A DNA stretch of 64,000 nucleotides, from the IMG/VR virus record IMGVR_UViG_3300045988_120604; one strand, written 5' to 3'. Origin of the DNA: a virus. A model generated the notes under the pieces. The model had not been told where the DNA came from and made no database searches. It saw only the letters and a program-made list of their open reading frames with translations. Both the position numbers and the translations under genes were made by a program. Numbering within the stretch: position 1 is the first letter of the stretch; every line of letters starts with the position of its first letter. Of the stretch, positions 39,414 through 49,178 are shown piece after piece.

Positions 39414-39948
39414 CGCATTCGAATTTTAGATTTTCAAGTTCATGTATTTGTAACCTAAGAGACTTAATTAAATTCGTTCTCTGTTCCTCTGCATGTTTTA
39501 AAGCCTCTTCCTTGCTTTCAAAAGCACAATCCCCTATCTGATAAGGGGTGTAACGACCAGGAGTGTCGGCTAATAAAAGACCACCACAATCTTCTATTCT
39601 GGCTTTTACCTTTCTTATTTTCCCATCTTTTAGACACATGTCTGTAACCCATACGAATTTACCATATAATTTATCATACTCTTCTGATCTCTCTTCTTGC
39701 AATTCATACCATTTAGGCTTAGGAAATCTTAATGTGAATTTAACCTCAGTATCTTTTTCTAAGACATTAATATCGTATGCTTCCGGCCACAGCTCTTTTA
39801 TGCTGTCTTCGTCTTCGGCATACGCTACAAGTATGAATGAATCATCGGATTCACCACTACACCAATATGGATATTTTATAGGCCATTTGACTGGACGGTA
39901 GTCGTTACCGCAGTCGGATTTTTTAATGTAAAATCTTGCTCTAATCAT
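39406..39948 (-). CDS. Hypothetical protein (180 aa)
   Basis: ORF. Confidence 0.6.
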   Translation of the reverse strand: MIRARFYIKKSDCGNDYRPVKWPIKYPYWCSGESDDSFILVAYAEDEDSIKELWPEAYDINVLEKDTEVKFTLRFPKPKWYELQEERSEEYDKLYGKFVWVTDMCLKDGKIRKVKARIEDCGGLLLADTPGRYTPYQIGDCAFESKEEALKHAEEQRTNLIKSLRLQIHELENLKFECDD

Positions 39949-39955
39949 ATCGTTA

Positions 39956-40267
39956 TTAATCTGATAATTTTTCTATTTTAATTAATTTTGATGATAGATA
40001 CATATTCCATTTCCCTCTGCCTCTGTCACCTTTTTCGTTTTGTTTTTGGATTGTCAAGTACAGATCTCCGTCTTCACATACTTCAACTTTTTTCAAGAAG
40101 CCTATCATTTCATCTCCTGCTTCGTGTAAAATACGGATCTTATCTCCTTCTTTTAACCCATAATTGGAATCAAAATATTCTTTTTTGATTCTATCAATGT
40201 TGTCTTTATGGTTTTTTATAGCATAAAGCTCTTTTCTTAATAAATAATTTAGTTGTTCTATTGTCAT
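39956..40267 (-). CDS. Hypothetical protein (103 aa)
   Basis: ORF. Confidence 0.5.
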   Translation of the reverse strand: MTIEQLNYLLRKELYAIKNHKDNIDRIKKEYFDSNYGLKEGDKIRILHEAGDEMIGFLKKVEVCEDGDLYLTIQKQNEKGDRGRGKWNMYLSSKLIKIEKLSD

Positions 40268-40809
40268 TTCTTTTCCTCCTTATTTAATGGTATTAATCCT
40301 TTCCCGTGCTTATCATACCACAGCATAGCTATACAATTCCATGCACATTGTGCAAGATGAAAAGCTCCTGTATCTGAGTCTATTCTTTCCCCTTTCATGT
40401 ATTCCATTAGGTGTCTGGCAGCCGCAGCACGATACCGTTCAAACCCGTTGTCAAGGTTCTGCCATTTATTGGGTCCGTACTTCTTTGCACCAGCATGATA
40501 GACTCTTACAATATCCTCAATCTCTTCCATTGGAAGCAAATCCCATCGTAGTTTGTCGTCAATGATGTCATTCTTTACCGACTTACTTTCTTTATTTTCA
40601 AAAAGAGTATTATCACTCTTAGATATATATTCAACTGGTACATCGAACTCCATACGACCTTCGTATGACAGTGTAACTTCTGTATCTCCTTTTTTGATAT
40701 CCTTTTCACATGCAACCTTAAGTCCTTTTCTGGCTACTGTTACTTCACGAACATTAAGATCTCTGTTAAGAACTACATCGGTTCCTTTTTTAATAATAAT
40801 ATCGTCCAT
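40264..40809 (-). CDS. Possible dATP/dGTP diphosphohydrolase-like (DUF5664-type) domain protein
   Basis: C-terminal LRWDLLP...VRVYHAGAKKYGPNKWQNL...RYRAAAARHLMEY...GAFHLAQCAWNCIAMLWY resembles a family I recall from phage nucleotide-metabolism proteins. This rests on memory only. Confidence 0.35.
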   Translation of the reverse strand: MDDIIIKKGTDVVLNRDLNVREVTVARKGLKVACEKDIKKGDTEVTLSYEGRMEFDVPVEYISKSDNTLFENKESKSVKNDIIDDKLRWDLLPMEEIEDIVRVYHAGAKKYGPNKWQNLDNGFERYRAAAARHLMEYMKGERIDSDTGAFHLAQCAWNCIAMLWYDKHGKGLIPLNKEEKK

Positions 40810-40870
40810 CTTTTATTTTGTTTTATCGTTGTTTTACCATATTTAGATAGTAATATAATTCATCTTCGTC

Positions 40871-41158
40871 CTATACCCTATCATTCCTGTTTTTCTCAAA
40901 ATACTGTCTTACGGCTTCAATCGCCTTATCGTCATCAAAAACCTCTACAAATTCCTCATAGAATCTATTTCGTTCCATAGAGAACGTGTTGCTTCCTTCC
41001 GGAATGGTCCTGAATACAACTACTTTCTCTCCGTCTACGTTCGTTCCTATTATGTTATTGTGAAGAATAATAGAATAGCGCCCAGAGCTTTTGTTTTGGA
41101 CGACACTATGTTCGAGATTGTAGAGTCTAAGTAGTTCTCTTATTTCTTTTACTCCCAT
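40871..41158 (-). CDS. Hypothetical protein (95 aa)
   Basis: ORF. Confidence 0.5.
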   Translation of the reverse strand: MGVKEIRELLRLYNLEHSVVQNKSSGRYSIILHNNIIGTNVDGEKVVVFRTIPEGSNTFSMERNRFYEEFVEVFDDDKAIEAVRQYFEKNRNDRV

Positions 41159-41159
41159 A

Positions 41160-41927
41160 TTATTTTACTTTTTTAGAGGTTACAGTCTCTTCTCCCCATT
41201 TCTTTACATATATAGATCTCATCATGTTCATTAAATTAGAGAAAGAAGAGATGGTTCCCATCTCTATGCAGAATGCAAGATTAGACTGTAGGGTTTCAAG
41301 TTCTTTCAACTGCTCCTGTGTAGCCCTATTTCTTATCATGCTTTCATGCTCATTAAATACAATCCAATTTAAGCCTTTAGCCATCTTGGAGTAATCGGCA
41401 TCCGGAAATCTTGATATAGCTCTTGATAAGACATTGTATTTATCACCTGCCTCTATTCGGTTTAAGATAAGCTTATCTGTCAACCACGTAACAACCTCAG
41501 CGTACAACATAGGGTTCAGTTCCATAGCTACAAGCACCCATATATATGGATTACACATAGTCCTTCTATTCTCTCCTCTACCCATTGTTTTATAGGCTCC
41601 CATCTTTTTCATCACTTTTATAAGTGATTCTTTTTCAACAGATTGTATAAAACCAGGAAATCCTGATTCTATCTTATATCCCTGTTTTTCAAGGATATAG
41701 TAAACCCGTTCCGCACTCTCCTTATTAGATAGGATATTCTCTATTCTCTTTTCATTCCACCCCATCTCAACCCTCTTCTTCGTGTAGGCTTCCTGAAGGT
41801 CTGTTAAGGACATAAACGAAGTTTTAGTGTCCTGCTTAATTATTACGCCAAATAATTCTCGGTCTTTTGATACCATTGTGACATTCGTTTTCATAAAATA
41901 TAACACATAAAAAATAATACGATACAA
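41160..41927 (-). CDS. KilA-N domain protein, paralog of 3167..3916 (true start probably at 41894 or 41876)
   Basis: Shared motifs with 3167..3916, as listed for that gene. Confidence 0.5.
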   Translation of the reverse strand: MYRIIFYVLYFMKTNVTMVSKDRELFGVIIKQDTKTSFMSLTDLQEAYTKKRVEMGWNEKRIENILSNKESAERVYYILEKQGYKIESGFPGFIQSVEKESLIKVMKKMGAYKTMGRGENRRTMCNPYIWVLVAMELNPMLYAEVVTWLTDKLILNRIEAGDKYNVLSRAISRFPDADYSKMAKGLNWIVFNEHESMIRNRATQEQLKELETLQSNLAFCIEMGTISSFSNLMNMMRSIYVKKWGEETVTSKKVK

Positions 41928-41993
41928 AAATATGTATCGTATTATACCTATACAAATATACTGTGTTAAATTTTATTATTGTATTTTTTTATA

Positions 41994-42356
41994 CTATGCG
42001 CCTATGGCTGCCTCTAAATTTCCTATAATATCAGTTTCTATCTCATCGATTTTATCATCAATGGTTGAAACCGCATTCTCTAAATCCCCTACAATACTTT
42101 CCATATCATCAACAACCGCCTCCATATTAGCTACAGCCTCATCTGATTGATAATATCTTTCTGTATCTTGTAACGGCTCCGGCATATTGTCTCTTGCTTC
42201 TGTCTCTTCGTCTAAAATCATATCAACATCATCCTTGGCTGAATCCAGATTATGCCTAACCTCTGACAGCTTTGATTTGATAAACTCAAGATCTGTTTTA
42301 TGCTTTTCCAAATTGGAAATAATATCCTCTATTTTCTTACGTCTTTTGCTGTTCAT
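41994..42356 (-). CDS. Acidic coiled-coil protein (120 aa)
   Basis: ORF with an E/D-rich heptad-like sequence. Confidence 0.5.
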   Translation of the reverse strand: MNSKRRKKIEDIISNLEKHKTDLEFIKSKLSEVRHNLDSAKDDVDMILDEETEARDNMPEPLQDTERYYQSDEAVANMEAVVDDMESIVGDLENAVSTIDDKIDEIETDIIGNLEAAIGA

Positions 42357-43774
42357 GCTTTTATTCTATTATAATATTCGATAATCTTTTCTTTCCTGTC
42401 TCCTGGTTTTACTGCCATATTCTCAGCCAAGAACCTAAAATACGACACTGGTATGTCCTTGAATCTAATTCCTTCATATTTTCCAAACCACATTATTATG
42501 CTGTCAAGATCGTCTTCTCTCCTACCATCTCCATTCACAGATTTAAGCGAGGCTGCCCGACGAAGGATCTCGTCTTTGGTAATAATATCACCCATCCTTA
42601 TATTAGACAGAAGTTGATCGCCGGCAAACATACACCAGCCCTTAGAAGGGAATTGCTCGATTGTCAGGTCTTCTATCCGACCAAAGCGTCTCATGTTGTC
42701 GCAGCAATCAACTATCAGCGCCTCTTTCTTGTCAGGATGGATGCGGACGGCGCGGCCTAATATTTGGTAATAAGTTGAATATGAGAAAGTTGGTCGACCA
42801 AACATCACACAATCAAGTTCAGGAAAATCAAATCCGGTAGCAAGCGTTGAATAATTAAAAACCACCTTCAACTTACCTTCTTTGAAATCGGATATGATTT
42901 GCTCTCTTTTCTTTTTGGTTGTTAGCGATGTTACGACACCGGTTATGGCTCCCATCCTGGCATTCATGAACTCTGATATTCTATTACATGATTCGATAGA
43001 ATCCATGCAAACCAAAATGGCTTTACGCTCGTTCATAAGTTGAAGAAGGCGCTTGTAGATAGAGTTGTTTAAGCCGTTTCGTACAATACTTTCTTTAATA
43101 GATTCGTTGGTGTATTCGGCTCCGGTACTGTTTAACATCAGAGCCGATTCATCAAACGACCATCGTTCGTACTTAAGTGGACACCAAAACCCTTGAGAAG
43201 TTAGTTCTTGTATTTGAGTCACATGAACTATTTTCTTGAAGAAGTTATGCTCGTCTTTCGTCAGCATATTGAGCTTGCTATAGTTCCCTTCCAGCATGGA
43301 ACTGTAGGTTCGGAGGCGGCAGGGAGTGGCGGTGAAGCCCAGTACCTTCGCCTCTGGGAACCTGTTCATAAACTCCATAAATTCAGAACCTTCTTCAGGA
43401 GAATATCCTGAATGACATTCGTCTATCAATAAGGTATCTATCCCTATATCCTTCAACCTCGCTACATCTTTCTTTATGCTCTTTAATGTTGCATAAGTCA
43501 TAGCCGACAGCTCCTTTATACCACATGAAGCAGAATATATAGTAGGTTTAGAACCGAATGATACGGCCTTTGCATAATTCTGCTCCAGAATCTCTTTTGA
43601 GGGCTGTAATACTAATGTCGGTCTATTTATTTCATGTGCTATCTTGGATATCAGAAGGCTCTTTCCACATCCGCATGGGGCTACGATTATGCCAGGCTTC
43701 TTAGATCTTCCTGTAAGAAACTTAAGCCCGGCATCTACTGCTTCTTTTTGGTAAGGTCTAAGTTCAAAGCCCAT
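42353..43774 (-). CDS. Superfamily-2 DEAH-box helicase
   Basis: Q-motif LRPYQKEAV, Walker A APCGCGKS, Walker B DECH, motif III GFTATP, and a helicase C-terminal domain. Confidence 0.8.
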   Translation of the reverse strand: MGFELRPYQKEAVDAGLKFLTGRSKKPGIIVAPCGCGKSLLISKIAHEINRPTLVLQPSKEILEQNYAKAVSFGSKPTIYSASCGIKELSAMTYATLKSIKKDVARLKDIGIDTLLIDECHSGYSPEEGSEFMEFMNRFPEAKVLGFTATPCRLRTYSSMLEGNYSKLNMLTKDEHNFFKKIVHVTQIQELTSQGFWCPLKYERWSFDESALMLNSTGAEYTNESIKESIVRNGLNNSIYKRLLQLMNERKAILVCMDSIESCNRISEFMNARMGAITGVVTSLTTKKKREQIISDFKEGKLKVVFNYSTLATGFDFPELDCVMFGRPTFSYSTYYQILGRAVRIHPDKKEALIVDCCDNMRRFGRIEDLTIEQFPSKGWCMFAGDQLLSNIRMGDIITKDEILRRAASLKSVNGDGRREDDLDSIIMWFGKYEGIRFKDIPVSYFRFLAENMAVKPGDRKEKIIEYYNRIKA

Positions 43775-44150
43775 CGCAATCTATTATATTATTTTTTGAA
43801 AGTTCTATTATCGCCTCTTTCAACATCTCCCTTGCTTTATTCTCATTATCTTCAAACAGGCATACACTGCATGTAACACCTTTGGAGGGGTAGTCTCTGT
43901 AGGCTTCTGCTCTTTCTACAACGTACGCACAACAATAGTCGTGACTCATGTCTTTTGCTATACTTATAAAATGATCTTCTCCATTCATCAACACGCAATA
44001 TTCAGCATCGTTTTCGCATGCAATAACACCTTTGTTTTTTAAAATGGATAGCACTTTATTTCCAAAAAGTCCAATATAGACCCATATATCTTTCCCTGCA
44101 TTTTTGTAAAAAATATCCATTCCTTCTTTGATTGTGACTTTCTTTTCCAT
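43764..44150 (-). CDS. Hypothetical protein (128 aa)
   Basis: ORF. Confidence 0.5.
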   Translation of the reverse strand: MEKKVTIKEGMDIFYKNAGKDIWVYIGLFGNKVLSILKNKGVIACENDAEYCVLMNGEDHFISIAKDMSHDYCCAYVVERAEAYRDYPSKGVTCSVCLFEDNENKAREMLKEAIIELSKNNIIDCDGL

Positions 44151-44156
44151 AATCCC

Positions 44157-44507
44157 TTATTTTATATCAGTAATTAAAACATATATTTTAGCAATATCTT
44201 CAAGACTCACAGAAGAACGTATATATAGTTTTTCTTCGTACTCATATAGAGCGTACCCTTCTTTTATGTCTAATATCTTAATCACATGCTTGCCTCTTTC
44301 AAATGGATCCTCAAAGTAGCTCTTATGTTCGTATCTTTGACCTACTTTGATTTTGTCAGTTTTCTTCTTCATCTTATAACGCTCTACTGCTCTACCTGTT
44401 TTTATGAAAGCTGTCGTGAGTAAGTATAATAAAACTAAATACAAAAGGATCGCTACTCCACATATTAGATCTTCTTTCATTACACTCCTTTTAAATAGTT
44501 GAACCAT
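44157..44507 (-). CDS. Hypothetical protein with an N-terminal transmembrane helix (116 aa)
   Basis: ORF with hydrophobic N-terminus LICGVAILLYLVLLYLL. Confidence 0.45.
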   Translation of the reverse strand: MVQLFKRSVMKEDLICGVAILLYLVLLYLLTTAFIKTGRAVERYKMKKKTDKIKVGQRYEHKSYFEDPFERGKHVIKILDIKEGYALYEYEEKLYIRSSVSLEDIAKIYVLITDIK

Positions 44508-44646
44508 ATATCCTCCAGCTTCTCCTGAAGCTCAAACGCTTTCTTGAAATTCCCGCATCTTACAGCAACGTCTCTCATGTATTCTACGTTTATAACTTCC
44601 GGATCTTGCCGGTATTTCGTTCTTAACTTTTGAACATCCTCGTATT

Positions 44647-45666
44647 TCATCGTTTTATCTTTTTAGACGGATCCCAATCTGAAGAGAAAGGGCATTCGTT
44701 TTTGTTATGTAATCCAAAGTCACAATAATAACACAGCGCCGACGGGCAGGGTAGCTTGTTTTGCGAAACAGGCTGGCTTAGGGTGGCGCGCCGCTTGCTA
44801 TACCTGGCTTCTTCTGCTCCCTGGATGTACGCTTGAAATGTTTTTACACTATTATCTTCAAAATCATACATTTTAGACAAAGTGTCATTTAGCATTTCTA
44901 TAGATTTTGTTTTACGCTCTTCATCTATCTTAACCTTTTGGTACTGCCTGGTTCTGGTAAAGAAATAGATGTTCATATCTGGCAGAACTCCACCATATTT
45001 TCTATAGATGTAAAATGAATATATAGGATGCTGTAAATTCGTTTCCAACTTCTTAGAATCAAAAATCTTATTCCCTGATTTCCAATCTATGACATAATGG
45101 TGAACTACGTTCTTGCTCTTTATAGCCAGATGAAGGTCTACCGATCCTACTATGTACACATGAGTATGAATTACTCCATTTATATCAACAGGCTTAGGAA
45201 GACGGTACGGCAGCACAAAATCTTCTTCGACTCCAACTATAGCGCCGTGTCTGATAAGTTTCTCACAGGGATTAAGATCACTATCAGCTATCATAAACCT
45301 ATTCCCGTCTTTTTTAAACAGATCCACAATCCAAGCAAGAAGCTCCCCAGATTGTTTCATGGCTATCATCATATTTTCCGGTGATAGCCAAGGTATGTCT
45401 TCTTGGTAAGCATAGTAACTTATTGCTTCTCCAAGGTCTTTACCAGAAGGCTGTCTTCCGTTCTTAAAGAAGTATTCCAGTGTCTTATGGATAACCGTAC
45501 CATAAGATGTAGCTTCTTGTTTTTCTGTAGACCTTTTGCCCTCTACGTAAGTCTTATACCATTTCATTGGACAGGTAAGAAACGTATCTATCTGGGAATA
45601 AGATATGGCAAGACGTTTCACACCATTAAACTCCTTATATAGCAAATGCGTTTCCGGGACCTTCAT
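44647..45666 (-). CDS. PD-(D/E)XK nuclease of the Cas4/RecB type with a 4-Cys cluster
   Basis: VDLHLAIKSKNVVHHYVIDWKSGNK gives a D...D-x-K core. One N-terminal Cys (FLTCPMKWY) and a C-terminal CPSALCYYCDFGLHNKNECP fit the 1+3 Cys Fe-S arrangement of Cas4/AddB nucleases. Confidence 0.6.
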   Translation of the reverse strand: MKVPETHLLYKEFNGVKRLAISYSQIDTFLTCPMKWYKTYVEGKRSTEKQEATSYGTVIHKTLEYFFKNGRQPSGKDLGEAISYYAYQEDIPWLSPENMMIAMKQSGELLAWIVDLFKKDGNRFMIADSDLNPCEKLIRHGAIVGVEEDFVLPYRLPKPVDINGVIHTHVYIVGSVDLHLAIKSKNVVHHYVIDWKSGNKIFDSKKLETNLQHPIYSFYIYRKYGGVLPDMNIYFFTRTRQYQKVKIDEERKTKSIEMLNDTLSKMYDFEDNSVKTFQAYIQGAEEARYSKRRATLSQPVSQNKLPCPSALCYYCDFGLHNKNECPFSSDWDPSKKIKR

Positions 45667-46022
45667 AAGTCATTGTCTTTAAATCCTTCTGGGTAATATA
45701 CGACATACTTCTTACCGTCTTCTGGTGTCATGGCAAACTGCATATAGTTATTACGATTACGATGCTTGCCCTCCAATCCTCGTTTCCAATACAGGATACC
45801 GTCTATATCCACATAAGATCGGCCGCGGTCGGCTCTAACCACGTCCGTGTGTAGCAGATACCCGTCGGAAGACACAATCCACACTTTATCCCCTTTGCTT
45901 AAATAAGATATTCTTTTTCTTACAACAACCCTTTTCTTATTATCCAATACAAATTCCTCGTCAGTCATACTCTTCATCCTCCTCTTCTTCTGTTTCAAAA
46001 TCAATTCCATAATACTGATCAT
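45663..46022 (-). CDS. Hypothetical protein (119 aa)
   Basis: ORF. Confidence 0.5.
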   Translation of the reverse strand: MISIMELILKQKKRRMKSMTDEEFVLDNKKRVVVRKRISYLSKGDKVWIVSSDGYLLHTDVVRADRGRSYVDIDGILYWKRGLEGKHRNRNNYMQFAMTPEDGKKYVVYYPEGFKDNDL

Positions 46023-46175
46023 AATGCTTGGTCAGTTCTTCTGGTTCTAAATCTTGTCCAAAATCCATGTTAAAAATATCGTAATTAGTAAAGCACTGTT
46101 CCTGCCGGCAGGAAATCTATGAATGCTGCTTTTATTTCTTCAATTAGGCCCAAGTGTAACCTTGGGCCATTGTAT

Positions 46176-47876
46176 TTATTTTTTGTCATCTCCTTTTAGC
46201 TTCTTTAAAGTATCTGCAATCGGAAGCTGATCAATGACTCCCAATGCCGGAGCGACGGTCTTGACAACATTGTTAAGGAAATTACCGGTACTGTTCTGAC
46301 CGCCGTCAAATACTGTGATATTTCCGAGGTTAATGTGCTCAAATGCCTTAACCTGTTCTCCGGCAATTTCTTTCCACTGATTAACCATCTTGTACTGGAT
46401 AGCGATCTGAGGATTGGATTCTGCTGCTTCCACCATGGCCTTAAATCCGTCGGCTTCTGCCATTAACGACTTTTTCTTACCTTCGGCTTCTGCCTCCAGC
46501 TTCATCTGAATAGCTTTTGCCTCCGCCTCAGCTTTTGCCAAATGTGCTGCTGCCTCAGCCTCAGCCCGGCGTTTGATCTTCTCGGCCTCGGCATCAGCTT
46601 GCAAGATAGCCTCTTCCTTCTGGGTTTCAGCCGGCACAATCTTTTCAGCCTTAAGCGCAGCCTGAACTTTCTTAGCCTTAGCTTCTTCCACTTCTTTGTC
46701 GGCAAGCTCTTTTGCTGTTTTTACAGCCGCTTCCGATTTAACTTTTTCTTCTCCGGCCTTCTTCTCTGATTGAGCTTTGATGATCTGTAGTTCTGATACT
46801 GATACAGCAACCTCCTTCTGGGCATTGTTGTATCCTATAGACGCATTTTTCTCAGCCTCAGCCTTCTTAATCTGAGCTTCAGAGTCTTGTATTGCTATAG
46901 CTGCTTCCTTGTCAGCTTCAGCCTTATTCTTTCCGACTTCTTCCATTCTTTCAGCCTCGGCTTTATTTACTTCAAGTTCTGCCTTAGATCTTACGATCGC
47001 CGATTCCTTGTCGGTTAAAGTTTTTGCGATAACCGCAGCCCTGTCTCTATCTGCTTGAGCTACACCGATCTGTTTCTCTTTGTCGGTTAAAGCTAAAGCT
47101 ATTTCTTTTTCTTTCTTCGTTTCAGCTACTATTGTCTCCTTTTCTTTTTCAGTACAAGCAATTTGAATCTCTTGTTCTTTTTTGGTATTAGCCACAGCCG
47201 TTTCTTTTTCCTTCTGCTGTACAGCAATTTTAATAGCACCCAGCTTCTCCTGTTCTTCGATATTAGCCTGTGCCTCGTTCAGAGCCCTACTTTCAGCTTC
47301 CTTACCAAGGTTCATAATATAACCGGCTTCGTCTCTGATGTCACTGATGTTGATGTTCAGGAGGTAAAGACCTAACTTGTTAAGCTCGTTATCAATGTTC
47401 TTTCTCGCCTTATCCAAAAACTCATCCCTGTCAGAATTAAGTTTTTCGATTGTCATTTCAGCAATAATCAAACGCATCTGACCGTAAACGATGTCCGTAA
47501 TAAGATTTTCAGTAGATTCGGTATCCATCCCCAAAAGTCTTTCTGCCGCATTTTGCATGATTTCGGGATTTGTACTGATAGCTACTGTAATGGTCGTAGG
47601 TACATCTACTCTAATATTCTGAGATGACAAAGCACCGGTAAGCTTGCAATCTATTTGCATAGGCTCCATTGACAAAACATCATAGCTTTGAATAATAGGC
47701 AAGACAAATGCCGCTCCACCATGATATAATTTCGCCGATTTCTTTTCCCCACCTGTCTTACCGTAAACGACCAAGACCTGATTAGGTTTACATCTACGAT
47801 ACCTTGATAAGACTCCGATGATTGTCAAAATAATCACTACAGCTAAGATAGCTGACACGTACATGATTGTTGTCAT
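46176..47876 (-). CDS. Flotillin-like SPFH/band-7 membrane protein (FloT/YuaG-like)
   Basis: N-terminal TM helix, SPFH domain (NQVLVVYGKTGG...VLPIIQSYDVLSMEPMQID...), and ~250 aa of A/E/K-rich coiled-coil (flotillin domain). Confidence 0.8.
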   Translation of the reverse strand: MTTIMYVSAILAVVIILTIIGVLSRYRRCKPNQVLVVYGKTGGEKKSAKLYHGGAAFVLPIIQSYDVLSMEPMQIDCKLTGALSSQNIRVDVPTTITVAISTNPEIMQNAAERLLGMDTESTENLITDIVYGQMRLIIAEMTIEKLNSDRDEFLDKARKNIDNELNKLGLYLLNINISDIRDEAGYIMNLGKEAESRALNEAQANIEEQEKLGAIKIAVQQKEKETAVANTKKEQEIQIACTEKEKETIVAETKKEKEIALALTDKEKQIGVAQADRDRAAVIAKTLTDKESAIVRSKAELEVNKAEAERMEEVGKNKAEADKEAAIAIQDSEAQIKKAEAEKNASIGYNNAQKEVAVSVSELQIIKAQSEKKAGEEKVKSEAAVKTAKELADKEVEEAKAKKVQAALKAEKIVPAETQKEEAILQADAEAEKIKRRAEAEAAAHLAKAEAEAKAIQMKLEAEAEGKKKSLMAEADGFKAMVEAAESNPQIAIQYKMVNQWKEIAGEQVKAFEHINLGNITVFDGGQNSTGNFLNNVVKTVAPALGVIDQLPIADTLKKLKGDDKK

Positions 47877-47907
47877 AACTTTTAAAATTTAATTGTTGAT
47901 AAAAAAA

Positions 47908-48402
47908 TTAGATACTTAATTCTCCTTCTTCATATTTTATATTCACCTTGTCACCGTTTTTGTAGGTTTTTCCAGACAAGCATCTTACTCTCATTTGCTC
48001 CTGTCTTCCATTTTTCGAAATATTTACCATATAATGATTCTTCCCTGATCTAAACACTATCTCCACTTCTCTTCCATTTAAATCTTCCGGACATTCGTAC
48101 ACCATTTCTTGCTTTAACTTAAGAAGTAACTTATATACGTAAAACAAAACGATAAAGAAAAGCGACCCTATCACAACCCCTACTAAATGGGAACCCGAAA
48201 AGTAGGTAGTCCAGCTATATCCAAGAATAAAATGTGTTATGCCCTTGAATGATATGATGTCCGACAAAGACATGCTTAAATCAGAAGCACTGTCAATGTC
48301 AATATCCGTATCCAGATCAGATCCTAATATCGACAACAAAAACTGTATAACAAAAGCAAATGACGCTATTAAAGCCATGCATAAAATTATGTCACTTCCC
48401 AT
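47908..48402 (-). CDS. NfeD-like membrane protein (YuaF-like short form) in an operon with flotillin
   Basis: N-terminal TM helices plus a C-terminal beta-barrel segment (NGREVEIV...GKNHYMVNI...SGKTYKNGDKVNIKYEEG). It lies upstream of flotillin, as in the canonical nfeD-floT operon. Confidence 0.55.
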   Translation of the reverse strand: MGSDIILCMALIASFAFVIQFLLSILGSDLDTDIDIDSASDLSMSLSDIISFKGITHFILGYSWTTYFSGSHLVGVVIGSLFFIVLFYVYKLLLKLKQEMVYECPEDLNGREVEIVFRSGKNHYMVNISKNGRQEQMRVRCLSGKTYKNGDKVNIKYEEGELSI

Positions 48403-48462
48403 ATCCTTCTGTTATTATTTTGTAAACAAGATCAGTCATATCTTTTATTATCTTTCTGATTC

Positions 48463-49176
48463 TTACTTTTTCCATTGCTTTCTAATTTTGTTAAATAAGT
48501 ATGTTTTTATGTTTTTCAATCTCTCTTTGTCTGTTTCAGAACTTCCGGTAAATAAATAATCCGGATTGCCTTTAGCCGGCGGCGTAGGCAATTTAGATAC
48601 GGCAAACAACCAATCCATTTCCTTATTCTTCTTAGGCTCCAAATAAGGCTCGGTAGCGATCTTAAATTTTTCAGCTATTAAGTCAAAGAGCTTTGAATTT
48701 TTAAGGTTCATATGAACTGAAAAAGCTTGAGAAGGCGGTTTCCATATGAAGTTACATAAGCTCATTGTATAATCTCCTGACTCTGCTATATAAGATTCCG
48801 TTACCTGAAGTATGACCTCTTTCTTGAATGAGGTGTTACCCATAAACCAACACAACCTGGATTCTGCTTCTTTTCTGCTGACACCTATGTCTTTTGAATA
48901 CGATTCGTACATTCCTATCATAATCTTCAACGTTTCCAGAACCTCGTCTGTCATTTCCGGTGTCTCTATATAATTCACAAAAGACGTTCCTTTGTTGGTC
49001 AATCTCATCACGCCTGATTTTAATTTCTCAACCAGGCCAAGCTCTATATACCTCCCAGCATCTTCTTCCGGCATGGCTTCGGTCATAACCGAATCCTTCT
49101 GTCTTATGGCAAGAAGATTGGCAAGATCATTAGGAGTCATGTCTGATGCTGCAAGTTGTCTGAAATTGATGTACAT
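48463..49176 (-). CDS. Hypothetical protein (237 aa)
   Basis: ORF. Confidence 0.5.
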   Translation of the reverse strand: MYINFRQLAASDMTPNDLANLLAIRQKDSVMTEAMPEEDAGRYIELGLVEKLKSGVMRLTNKGTSFVNYIETPEMTDEVLETLKIMIGMYESYSKDIGVSRKEAESRLCWFMGNTSFKKEVILQVTESYIAESGDYTMSLCNFIWKPPSQAFSVHMNLKNSKLFDLIAEKFKIATEPYLEPKKNKEMDWLFAVSKLPTPPAKGNPDYLFTGSSETDKERLKNIKTYLFNKIRKQWKK

Positions 49177-49178
49177 TC

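Noticed and set aside
46502-46769. Arg/Lys-rich ORFs 46502..46705(-) and 46542..46769(+) inside the flotillin gene
   Set aside because: They are frame artefacts of the repetitive GCn/AAG coiled-coil-coding region of flotillin.
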